Shown here piece after piece: positions 18,484 to 26,850 of a DNA stretch of 29,753 nucleotides. The DNA lies in the IMG/VR virus record IMGVR_UViG_3300011335_000586, positions 1-29,753 of that record, one strand, 5' to 3'. Under the pieces are notes generated by a model. That model ran no database searches and was not told where the DNA came from. It saw nothing but the letters and a program-made list of their open reading frames with translations. Source of the DNA: a virus. Its lineage: Duplodnaviria; Caudoviricetes. The translations under genes and the position numbers were made by a program. Each line of letters begins with the position of its first letter. Positions within the stretch are counted from its first letter, which is position 1.

Positions 18484-18751
18484 AGCAGATTTCATTAAAG
18501 AGTGGGGCGCTGACTGGCGCAAACTGGCAGGTAAACCAATCTTCTCGGCGTTGCTATCGGCAATAGACGACGAAAGCCCTTCGCGAATCATTGCAGCGCG
18601 AAGTGATGCGGATGTTTTGCACGGCGGACCCGTGCTTGCCGCTGAGATTCGTGGACACGAACGGCTGCGCGCCTTTCTGGTTTCTCTTTCCACGGAACAA
18701 AACAAACACTTTGAACCAGACGACAAATTCTCCGAATCAGAAACCATCTAA
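18476..18751 (+). CDS. Small hypothetical protein between portal and scaffold
   Basis: 91 aa, overlapping the portal stop. A small gene is common at this position in podoviruses. Confidence 0.6.
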   Translation: MNKADFIKEWGADWRKLAGKPIFSALLSAIDDESPSRIIAARSDADVLHGGPVLAAEIRGHERLRAFLVSLSTEQNKHFEPDDKFSESETI

Positions 18752-18763
18752 CACCAACACAAT

Positions 18764-19927
18764 ATGAGCACTACCATTGCGGAAGCACCGCCAACCGAAA
18801 GCAAATCAAGTCCTTTTAATGCGGCACTAGAAAATGCGTTTAATGGCGACAACGCCTTGCCTGTAGAAACCGAAAGCAAATCAGAGGAACCGGCTAAGAT
18901 TTCAAAAGAAAGCACCAAGTCGGTTCCTGACGCTTTGTTCAAGAGGTCTGACTCCGATACCCGTCCCGTTGAAGAATCGCTGCCAGAAAAGACTGCTTTG
19001 GATGAAATTGCGGAACCGCCAAGGCTGGACGCCAAAGGCAAAGCTGGTTGGGAAGCATTGAAGAAAACGGCGCGAGAAGAATCCACCAAACGTGCAGAAC
19101 TAGAAAAGCAAATTGAAGAGTGGAAATCCAAAGGCCGCGACCATGAAACAATGGAGAAAGCCTTGTCTGATCGAGATAAGAAACTGCTGGAATACGAAGC
19201 AAAAGTTGCGCGGGTTGATCTGGAATCCAGCGAAAGTTTTCAGCGCGAAATTGTAGAACCGTTTAATCGTGAGATACAACGCGCCAAAGCGTTTGCCGAT
19301 GAGGTTGACGCAAACCCAGAGGAACTATCGGAGGCGCTGTCGCTTGTTGGCAAAGCGCGAGCCAATGCTCTGCGCGACATGGGGCTTGATCTGGACCCTG
19401 TGCAAAGCGGGCGGCTTGGGCGCATCATTGAAAAGATAGACGAGCTTCATGAACGCGCCGAGTCCGAGCGATCCAACGCCAAGATGTTCTTGGATCAACG
19501 AATGGAACGCGAACGGCTAAACAAGCTGTCTGAGCATGGCGAGTTTGTTAAAACCAAGTTTCTGCAATTTGAAGACACAACCAAGCAGATGCGATCAAAG
19601 TTGGAGATTCTAAATCAAGTGGATGGACACCACGATTGGAACATCAAGTCAAGGGGGGTAGTGGAAAGCGCACGCGCCTATATTCAGGACAATCCCTACG
19701 CCGATGTGGAAGCGGTAATTGAGGCGAAGGCCATGCCGGTATATCGTGAGTTGTTTCTGGAAACCCGCGAGCGTGAGGCTGCGCTGGAATCCAGGGTTGC
19801 TGAGATGGAGAAGGAGTTGAAAGCCATTCACGGGCGCTCGCCTTCTCTTACGCAACGAGGACATGCTGCGGCTACCGGCAATTCAAAGCCATTTAGCTCC
19901 ATGATTGCGGAGGCTTTTGGGCAATGA
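18764..19927 (+). CDS. Capsid scaffolding protein (putative)
   Basis: Acidic, Pro-rich disordered N-terminus, long E/K/R/A coiled coils and a short C-terminal helix. It is Cys-free and lies downstream of portal. Confidence 0.65.
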   Translation: MSTTIAEAPPTESKSSPFNAALENAFNGDNALPVETESKSEEPAKISKESTKSVPDALFKRSDSDTRPVEESLPEKTALDEIAEPPRLDAKGKAGWEALKKTAREESTKRAELEKQIEEWKSKGRDHETMEKALSDRDKKLLEYEAKVARVDLESSESFQREIVEPFNREIQRAKAFADEVDANPEELSEALSLVGKARANALRDMGLDLDPVQSGRLGRIIEKIDELHERAESERSNAKMFLDQRMERERLNKLSEHGEFVKTKFLQFEDTTKQMRSKLEILNQVDGHHDWNIKSRGVVESARAYIQDNPYADVEAVIEAKAMPVYRELFLETREREAALESRVAEMEKELKAIHGRSPSLTQRGHAAATGNSKPFSSMIAEAFGQ

Positions 19928-20844
19928 TCCTTGTCATTGCATTCTGCCAGAAAGACAAGGCAACAGCCGTTCGTCTTGCCAACTGGCTTGCTGAATTGGG
20001 AGGAACGTCAAAACATGATCTGCTGCTAGCATTTCACGAAGACACCACGCCAGACCCGATTCACGAAATCCTCAAGCCGCACTTCAACCACGTCGGAGGA
20101 TTCAAGATTAGCGATTCGGAAACGACCTACCCGGCCATTGCCAACATCATGTGGCATGAGTGCGTGAAAACCGTTGCTGACCAGTTTAATGTTCCGTGGT
20201 TCTGGATGGAGCCTGACGCCGTTCCGCTGACGCCGGATTGGTTGGACAAGATAGAGGACGAATATCTTGCGGCTAAAAAACCGTTCATGCTGGATAAGGT
20301 GATTACGCCTACACGTTCGCACAACAGCGGTGTGGGCGTTTACCCTGGCAGGGTGCGCGACTACACACAGCGCCTCTGGGAGCTTTCTGGAGGCATTCCG
20401 TGGGATGTGTTCTTGGCCGAGGAGTTCACGCCGTTCACGCATCATACCGGATTGATTCACGACAACTTCTATAGTGTGTGGGAAGACCCGAAAAGCGGAC
20501 CTCCGGTTTTTCCTGACGCTGACTCGTTGTCCATTATTGAACCTGCTGCCGTGTTGTTTCATCGAAACAAGGACGGCAGCTTGATTGAACGCCTTCGCGA
20601 ATCGCGGGGTAGTGTAAGTGTAACACACCCCGTTCTCATCGGCGGGGAGATTGTCGGTGCAATTCCGGCCCCCGCAACTACTGGCGTTGATGCCATGCTT
20701 CGCAAAATTGCTGAACTGGAAGAACGACTAAAAGCCCAAACTGTAACAACTCCGGTTACAGATGGTAAAAAGCAACGCACACCAGCGCAGATTCAAGCCG
20801 CAAAAGACCGCATGGCAAAAGCGCGTGCCGGTAGAAAGCCATGA
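19924..20844 (+). CDS. Glycosyltransferase-like protein with C-terminal coiled-coil/basic tail
   Basis: WFWMEPDAVPL (ExD variant of DxD after a hydrophobic strand), SGVGVYP, IPWDVF and VLFHRNKD fit a GT-A layout. ATGA overlap with scaffold. Confidence 0.55.
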   Translation: MILVIAFCQKDKATAVRLANWLAELGGTSKHDLLLAFHEDTTPDPIHEILKPHFNHVGGFKISDSETTYPAIANIMWHECVKTVADQFNVPWFWMEPDAVPLTPDWLDKIEDEYLAAKKPFMLDKVITPTRSHNSGVGVYPGRVRDYTQRLWELSGGIPWDVFLAEEFTPFTHHTGLIHDNFYSVWEDPKSGPPVFPDADSLSIIEPAAVLFHRNKDGSLIERLRESRGSVSVTHPVLIGGEIVGAIPAPATTGVDAMLRKIAELEERLKAQTVTTPVTDGKKQRTPAQIQAAKDRMAKARAGRKP

Positions 20845-21530
20845 ACTGCGACATCTTCATTCGTAGCTACGAAAAGGATTTTGAGTGGCTGAAATACTGC
20901 TTGCGGTCCATCCAACGATTCGCCACCGGATTCAGAAACGTCATTGTTGTGGTGCCAAACGGACAGACGCCTCCTGTCGGGCCAGTTGAAAAGGTATTCT
21001 ATGTGCATGAAGGATGCGATGGATACATGCACCAGCAGCTAACCAAACTGCACGCGGACTGCTTTTCCGACGCCGAAGTGTTTCTGTTTATGGACAGTGA
21101 TACCATATTCACTCGGCCAATCTCAGCTCGCGATGCGTTTGCTCCGTGGTTATATACGCCATACGCCAGCCTAAACGATCCAAACACAATGACATGGAGG
21201 AAGGTGGTGGAGAAAGCTATTGGCGTGTTGCCGGAATACGAGTTTATGCGGCGACATCCGTTGAGCGTCCAGAAATGGATGCTGCAAGGATTGCGCGATT
21301 TCTTCTGGCAAAAGCACGGCATGAGCCTAGAAAGCTACATCATCGCGCAGCCTGGACATGAGTTCAGCGAGTGGAATGTTATTGGAGCGTGGCTGTGGCA
21401 TTTCCATCGCAGCAAAGTTCAGTGGCAGAACACCGACGAGAAGTTAGGCGTTCCGTTTGTCCATCAGTCGTATTCGTGGGGCGGGCTGACCGACGACATC
21501 CGCAACAACCTAGAGGCGGCACTGGCATGA
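20841..21530 (+). CDS. Glycosyltransferase-like protein (GT-A)
   Basis: DIFIRSY...LKYCLRSI...VIVVVP N-terminus, GYMHQQLTKL, FLFMDSDTIF (DxD) and FSEW. ATGA overlap. Confidence 0.7.
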   Translation: MNCDIFIRSYEKDFEWLKYCLRSIQRFATGFRNVIVVVPNGQTPPVGPVEKVFYVHEGCDGYMHQQLTKLHADCFSDAEVFLFMDSDTIFTRPISARDAFAPWLYTPYASLNDPNTMTWRKVVEKAIGVLPEYEFMRRHPLSVQKWMLQGLRDFFWQKHGMSLESYIIAQPGHEFSEWNVIGAWLWHFHRSKVQWQNTDEKLGVPFVHQSYSWGGLTDDIRNNLEAALA

Positions 21531-22249
21531 GCAACGTCCTTGTGCTCGTCTTGAGTTCTCGCCGCGAACCGTGGGGCGACCTTATGGACGTTTCCTTGGC
21601 GACATGGGACGCTGAACCGCATCCCGATGTGCAGACGCTTTATTACTGCGCCAACGGAGGCAACAAGTTGATTCGCGACAATGTGCGCTATTCGGCAATG
21701 GAGGATTCGCTGGAGAATATCAGTCCGCGCACTTTGGAGGCACTGGGGTGGGCGCTGGAACTACCAGATTGGAAGTATTTGGCGCGTCCTAATTCAAGCT
21801 GCTACGTCCATAAAGGCAACCTTGCCAAGCATTGTGACACGCTGCCTGAGACGGGCGTTCTGCGCGGAGCATGGACCGGCGGCGACTCAGCTAATCCGTC
21901 TGTTGGATTTCTATGGGGAGGTGGGCAATACATCATATCGCGGGACGTTGTGGAGCGAATGGTTTCCGAAGGTGGATGGAAGAATGGCCTTCAAGATGAC
22001 GAAGCTATAAGTGACTGCGCGCAAGGCATTGGCATTGATATGAAACAGGGGTGCATGTTTACCGCGATTGACGATCAGTTTGATGGAAAGTGGATTTGTA
22101 TTTGCTACGGGCATGGAGAGCCATTCACCTTCACTGACTTTGCCGACTTAGCAAAAGCTGACGGACATTTTTTCTTTCGCGTGAAGCAGTCTCATAGCCG
22201 GAGGCTAGACGAGAAGTTGATGCGCGAGCTAAAGAAGAATCTGCCATGA
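21527..22249 (+). CDS. GT31/fringe-like glycosyltransferase, paralog 1
   Basis: ATWD, WKYLARPNSSCYV, FLWGGGQYIISRDVV and DDEAI follow the GT31-type motif order. The start is reassigned to ATG 21527 (ATGA overlap). Confidence 0.6.
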   Translation: MSNVLVLVLSSRREPWGDLMDVSLATWDAEPHPDVQTLYYCANGGNKLIRDNVRYSAMEDSLENISPRTLEALGWALELPDWKYLARPNSSCYVHKGNLAKHCDTLPETGVLRGAWTGGDSANPSVGFLWGGGQYIISRDVVERMVSEGGWKNGLQDDEAISDCAQGIGIDMKQGCMFTAIDDQFDGKWICICYGHGEPFTFTDFADLAKADGHFFFRVKQSHSRRLDEKLMRELKKNLP

Positions 22250-22974
22250 AGCGCGTCCTGATTTTTGTTATTAGCTGCAATCGGCCTCCATACGATGAGA
22301 TGATTACCACATCAATGGCTACGTGGGATTCTGCGGAGGTTGAGAATACGGAAACGTATTACTATTGTGGCGGTGGCGGCAAATCGTCAGCCCGCACCAT
22401 TGTCTTTGATGGAGAAGATGACTTTCACCTTATGGGGCATAAGAATCTTTTGGCGTTTAAGTGGGCGCTAGAGAATAAGCAATGGGACTACATGGCTAGG
22501 GTGAACGCATCTTGCTATGTGCATAAACAAAACTTGTTGAATCACGTTCAATTACTTCCAGAAACCGGAGTAATGAGCGGACTTATTTCGGATGGAAATT
22601 TTGGAAGTGGGATTAGCTTTCCGTTTATGTGGGGCGGGTCCGGTATGATTATCTCCAGAGACGTTATCCAGCTTGCCGTAGATAATGGCGCGCAATGGGA
22701 CCATTCATTTGCAGAGGATGTTGCTATGGGAACTCTTGTTCAAAAGCACGGAATCGTATTGGACGGAGCAGGGTCGGCACTCACCATAAATCCAAACAAG
22801 GGTGAATACGTTTGTATGTCTTACCGAGATAGGGATATGGAAGTATCAAGCATTAAAGACTTGTCCGAACTAAGCAGGTTTCAAAGCCACCATTTCTTTC
22901 GGGTTAAATGCGAAGCCAACAGACCGCACGACGCAGTTTTAATGCGAGCACTAAAGCAATTCCTTATACCATGA
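22246..22974 (+). CDS. GT31/fringe-like glycosyltransferase, paralog 2
   Basis: ATWD, WDYMARVNASCYV, FMWGGSGMIISRDVI and AEDVAMG (EDV motif). It is collinear with the previous gene. Confidence 0.65.
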   Translation: MKRVLIFVISCNRPPYDEMITTSMATWDSAEVENTETYYYCGGGGKSSARTIVFDGEDDFHLMGHKNLLAFKWALENKQWDYMARVNASCYVHKQNLLNHVQLLPETGVMSGLISDGNFGSGISFPFMWGGSGMIISRDVIQLAVDNGAQWDHSFAEDVAMGTLVQKHGIVLDGAGSALTINPNKGEYVCMSYRDRDMEVSSIKDLSELSRFQSHHFFRVKCEANRPHDAVLMRALKQFLIP

Positions 22975-23525
22975 ACAAATCACTTTCAGAAATTTTCAAT
23001 CAAATCGGTCATTTCGGTGAAGACATAGGACATAACGATAAAGGAGGGACGCACTCATACGTTGATGTTTATGAAACGCTGCTGGCCCCTTTCCGCCAGC
23101 GTTGCGATATAATGGAAATTGGGCTTGCAATGGGTAAATCAATGGAGCTTTGGGGCAAATACTTTGGGGCGGACTGCACTATAACTGGCATGGACCTGAG
23201 CCTTGTATTTGATGTTACGCCTTTTGATAGTCGGTTTCGGTTTATTGCTGGAGATGCAACCAGCGCAAAAGTATTGCAGGATATAGGAGACGCAAAGTTT
23301 GACATCATTATTGATGACGGAAGCCACATGCAAGCCGACCAAGAGGCTGCATTTCGCCTGCTATCACCGCGAGTTAAGGCTGGCGGCATTTACATCATTG
23401 AGGACATTCTTAGCCCAGAATCTAGCGTCCCATCGCTTTGCGCGCTTCATCCAAACTGCGAGGTAATTGATCTGCGAGGAGTGAAGGGTCGGTTTGATGA
23501 TATGTTGTTGGTTTATCGTTTCTAA
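22971..23525 (+). CDS. Class I SAM-dependent methyltransferase (sugar O-methyltransferase-like)
   Basis: DK...HSY, IMEIG, ITGMD, FDIIIDDGSH and GGIYIIEDI. Start at ATG 22971 (ATGA overlap). Confidence 0.85.
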   Translation: MNKSLSEIFNQIGHFGEDIGHNDKGGTHSYVDVYETLLAPFRQRCDIMEIGLAMGKSMELWGKYFGADCTITGMDLSLVFDVTPFDSRFRFIAGDATSAKVLQDIGDAKFDIIIDDGSHMQADQEAAFRLLSPRVKAGGIYIIEDILSPESSVPSLCALHPNCEVIDLRGVKGRFDDMLLVYRF

Positions 23526-23527
23526 CT

Positions 23528-24205
23528 ATGAAGATGCTCGTTACTGGAAAAAGCGGATTTGTTGGTCGTCACGTTGTGCGCGAACTGGAAAGCCGGGATG
23601 TCGAGATTGTGCCAGACTTCACTGACCGTCCCGAAGCGGTGATCCATCTAGGCTGGGGCCATCTCCCAAACTACGAATCATACTTGCACGCGGCACAGGT
23701 CCAGTGGCACCACGGCTTCTTGAGCGCGGTCATTGGCGACGGCATCACAAACATCACCGCAGCGGGAAGCTGTCTAGAGCTGGTTGACGATCCGCCGCCA
23801 TACGGATTAGCCAAGATCAGCGTTCGCGACGGGTTGCTGTGGCGGCTTCCTACAGCCAAGTGGGTTCGTTTCTGGAATGTCTACGGGCCAGGGCAGCGCG
23901 AGGAATGTTTGCTGCCGAGTCTGCGGCGGGCAATGGAGCGTGGCGACGAATCTTTCCAAGTGATTGACGGGATGCGCGATTTTATACCCGTTCAAGATGC
24001 GGCACGTAGGCTGGTTGATATTGCACTGCAAGAGGAGGAGTCTGGCGTGTTTGATTGTGGCAGCGGAACCGCTGTTCCAGTGATTGATTTCTGCCGCAAA
24101 TTCACAGGTGATAGCGCGATCCGACTAGAAACAGGATACCCGATGCCGTCCTACGAACCGAAAGTGTTTTCAATCCGCAACCGCAATGAGCACGGCGATA
24201 GATAG
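23528..24205 (+). CDS. NAD-dependent NDP-sugar epimerase/reductase (extended SDR)
   Basis: LVTGKSGFVG (GxxGxxG), YGLAK (YxxxK), RFWNVYGPG and RDFIPVQD. Confidence 0.9.
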   Translation: MKMLVTGKSGFVGRHVVRELESRDVEIVPDFTDRPEAVIHLGWGHLPNYESYLHAAQVQWHHGFLSAVIGDGITNITAAGSCLELVDDPPPYGLAKISVRDGLLWRLPTAKWVRFWNVYGPGQREECLLPSLRRAMERGDESFQVIDGMRDFIPVQDAARRLVDIALQEEESGVFDCGSGTAVPVIDFCRKFTGDSAIRLETGYPMPSYEPKVFSIRNRNEHGDR

Positions 24206-25343
24206 CTGCCTGTGCTGCGAGGGGTCGCTGGTTCCTCTGGTAAACTTTGGCCGGATGCCGTTGGTAAATACCTACGGCGTGACGGAAAAGTTTCCGTTAG
24301 CCGTAAACCGCTGCAAGGTTTGCTGCCATTTGCAGTTGTCGGAGGCGGTTGATCCGCTGGTGCTTTACAGTGATTACGCCTACTGCTCCGGCACCGGGAA
24401 AACCGCATTGGATTTCTTCTCAGGGTTTGCTCGAACGGCGTTGTCCTACGTTCCAAATGCCAAGCGGGTTCTGGACATTGCCAGCAATGACGGAAGCCAG
24501 TTGGATGCATTCAAGGCACTTGGGCTTTCAACGGCTGGGGTTGATCCGGCTGCAAATCTTGCCGAGATTGCCGCCGCCAAGGGGCATCTAATTCGCATTT
24601 CACTTTTTGAAGATGCAAAGTTCTTGCCGGACCAGAAATTCGACATCATCACCGCTCAAAATGTAGTGGCGCATACGCACCGGCCAATGGAGTTTCTGTC
24701 CCGATGCACGGACATTATGCACAAGGATTCGCGGTTGTTCATCGCTACATCACAGGCAAACATGGTGGTGCTGGGCGAGTGCGACACGATCTACCACGAA
24801 CATATTAGCTACTTCAACGCGGGGTCCATGATGCGCTTGGCCGAACGTGCTGGGCTACGGTTGCTGGACATTGTGATGAACGACATCCACGGCACCAGCT
24901 ACGTCTTTGTGCTGGGCATTGCTGGCGAACCGTCTGTCCGTGTGGCGCAACGTATACAGTGGGAGAAGGCGGTGGGGTTGACTAGGCCAGGGCTTTATAG
25001 ATGGTGGAAAACTCATATCGCGGAGAAAATCGAGCGTTTGGGCAGAACGATTGACGGCTACAAAAAGGATGGATTCTTAACTGTGGGCTGCGGGGCTGCG
25101 GCAAAAGGCATCTCAATGTTGAACATGGCCGGGGTAAAATTGAATGTGCTGGCCGATAATACGCCGACAAAACATTACAAAGTGACGAGCGGGATGTTGA
25201 TTATGCCGTTTGACGAGATTGCCAATTTGCAAGAATCCAAAGTGCTGTTTGTGGTGCTAGCATGGAATGTCGGGTTGGAGATTCGTCGCAATGTAGAGCA
25301 GATGCGAAGCAGAGCGGGAGATGTGTTTATTGAGACACGTTGA
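24186..25343 (+). CDS. NDP-hexose C-methyltransferase-like protein
   Basis: N-terminal zinc site CLCC...CKVCCHLQL, VLDIASNDG, GVDPA, NVVAH, DTIYHEHISYF, HGTS, GAAAKG and VLAWN. This is the TylC3/EryBIII-type motif set. Confidence 0.9.
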   Translation: MSTAIDSCLCCEGSLVPLVNFGRMPLVNTYGVTEKFPLAVNRCKVCCHLQLSEAVDPLVLYSDYAYCSGTGKTALDFFSGFARTALSYVPNAKRVLDIASNDGSQLDAFKALGLSTAGVDPAANLAEIAAAKGHLIRISLFEDAKFLPDQKFDIITAQNVVAHTHRPMEFLSRCTDIMHKDSRLFIATSQANMVVLGECDTIYHEHISYFNAGSMMRLAERAGLRLLDIVMNDIHGTSYVFVLGIAGEPSVRVAQRIQWEKAVGLTRPGLYRWWKTHIAEKIERLGRTIDGYKKDGFLTVGCGAAAKGISMLNMAGVKLNVLADNTPTKHYKVTSGMLIMPFDEIANLQESKVLFVVLAWNVGLEIRRNVEQMRSRAGDVFIETR

Positions 25344-25351
25344 AATAATTG

Positions 25352-25381
25352 TTGACGTTATTACGGAAGTGCCGTAAAAAC
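25352..25381 (+). promoter_or_regulatory. Promoter-like motif upstream of major capsid gene
   Basis: TTGACG-N17-TAAAAAC with an internal TTACGG-N5-CCGTAA dyad and an AT-rich upstream segment. Confidence 0.65.
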
Positions 25382-25452
25382 AAATCCAGAGGTTCTATTT
25401 AGCCGTGCTCCTCCGGTAAAAACTTGGGCTGTATCACAGGGATTGGCCCGCC

Positions 25453-25501
25453 TGAAACCAAAACGTGCGCCCGCTATCGGCGGGGATTTCGCACGGTTTC
25501 A
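25453..25501 (+). other. Nested RNA hairpin in the capsid-gene 5' leader
   Basis: Nested pairings TGAAAC/GTTTCA, CGTGCG/CGCACG and CCCGC/GCGGG. Confidence 0.55.
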
Positions 25502-25536
25502 CGTCCACAAATACGCAGTTTTACATACCCACTATC

Positions 25537-26787
25537 ATGGCCTGTCCCAATCCGTTTGCAGCAATCCAAATCGCTACCGAGCATCTCGGCAGCGAAATCT
25601 ATGGTATCCCCACTCCGGCGACACCTTACTTTAACTTCGTCGAACGCGGCGTGTTTCCTCGAAACATGGGCGTTACGATGTCCACCTTCATCGCTGGTCG
25701 CGTCGAGCCTGACAGCAAATCTGCTGGCTGGTCTGCCGTTACCCTAGACAGTGCGGGTTCCGGTTCCACCGGCCCGTCTATCACTGGCGGAATCTGCGCG
25801 GACAGCTTCACCTCTGTTCCCGTTGGATTTGATACGCTGCAATACTCGCCCCGCAAGCTCCAGCTTCAGGGACCGTCTATTTGCCGCGATACGCTTAGTT
25901 TCGCGCATCAGCCCACGAGGTTCATCCAGCAGCACTACATTCCGTCTCTCGCCCACTATGTGAAGCGCAAGATCGATTTGGAGTTCCGCGACCAGATCAT
26001 CAAGTTCTCCAACAAGATGTCGCTGGCGGCTGGTGGATTCTCCAACGTCGTAACCGCATCTACCAACCCAACCGTCAAGCCCACTTCGCAGTTGAACTGG
26101 ACTTGGCTGGACGGCGTTGCTGTTCGCCTCATCGGCGACGGCGCTGCCAACTCAGACGGTGAAGAGATTGAGATGGGGCCAGACGGTCCTGTGTTCCCGG
26201 CCTTTATCGGCCTGGAGGCACTCAATCGCCTGTTCCAGAACGGTTCGGCTTCTTCGCCAAACGCCTTCCGGCAGGACTTCCAGTATGCTGACTCGGGCAA
26301 AGGCGCGATGGCTCAGACTCTGAAATCCATTGGTGCTTCCCGGCAGATCAAAAACTTCCGGTTTGCTCCGGTTGTGAATCCGCCGCGCTTCACCTGGAAC
26401 AACAGCACGTTGGTCGAGGTTGAGCAATTCGAGTTTGTCTCTGCCACCCACGGCCAGAAGTCCACCGAAACCAGCGCGTATCAGAACGCTGAATACGAAG
26501 CCATCGTCATTCCGCATCGTCGCCAGTTCAAGGCGGACATCCTGACTCCTGACTACGCCGGGCTTGATTATGAGCCGTCGATGTGGACGGGTGACTGGAA
26601 GTTCATCACTGGCGGCGAGCGTATCGTATCCAACAACGTGTGCTTTGATCCGATGCACAAGTGGGGCGCGCACTTCGCCGAGTTCATCTACGCACCGGAA
26701 CCGATCCACACCAATTACGGTTGGGTTCTCTTCTACAAGCGTTGCCAGAACGATCAGTCGCTTACGGTCTGCACCAGCGGTCTGTAA
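25537..26787 (+). CDS. Major capsid protein (putative)
   Basis: 416 aa from ATG 25537 (MACPNPF). It has strong C/T-ending codon bias suggesting high expression, its own promoter-like motif and a strong downstream terminator. It is the only capsid-sized candidate after the scaffold. Confidence 0.75.
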   Translation: MACPNPFAAIQIATEHLGSEIYGIPTPATPYFNFVERGVFPRNMGVTMSTFIAGRVEPDSKSAGWSAVTLDSAGSGSTGPSITGGICADSFTSVPVGFDTLQYSPRKLQLQGPSICRDTLSFAHQPTRFIQQHYIPSLAHYVKRKIDLEFRDQIIKFSNKMSLAAGGFSNVVTASTNPTVKPTSQLNWTWLDGVAVRLIGDGAANSDGEEIEMGPDGPVFPAFIGLEALNRLFQNGSASSPNAFRQDFQYADSGKGAMAQTLKSIGASRQIKNFRFAPVVNPPRFTWNNSTLVEVEQFEFVSATHGQKSTETSAYQNAEYEAIVIPHRRQFKADILTPDYAGLDYEPSMWTGDWKFITGGERIVSNNVCFDPMHKWGAHFAEFIYAPEPIHTNYGWVLFYKRCQNDQSLTVCTSGL

Positions 26788-26806
26788 CCAAAACTAACCA
26801 TTAACC

Positions 26807-26838
26807 GGGCGGCCCTGAGCAATCGGGGCCGCCCTTTT
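26807..26838 (+). terminator. Rho-independent terminator
   Basis: GGGCGGCCCTGA-GCAA-TCGGGGCCGCCC-TTTT: a 12-bp stem with one G-U pair, a GNRA loop and a short U tract. Confidence 0.85.
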
Positions 26839-26850
26839 GGGTGAAAACTT

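Noticed and set aside
16369-20628. Long minus-strand ORFs opposite portal, scaffold and the first GT (246, 309 and 200 aa)
   Set aside because: They show no protein-family motifs, and their composition is what reverse-complementing the sense genes would give.
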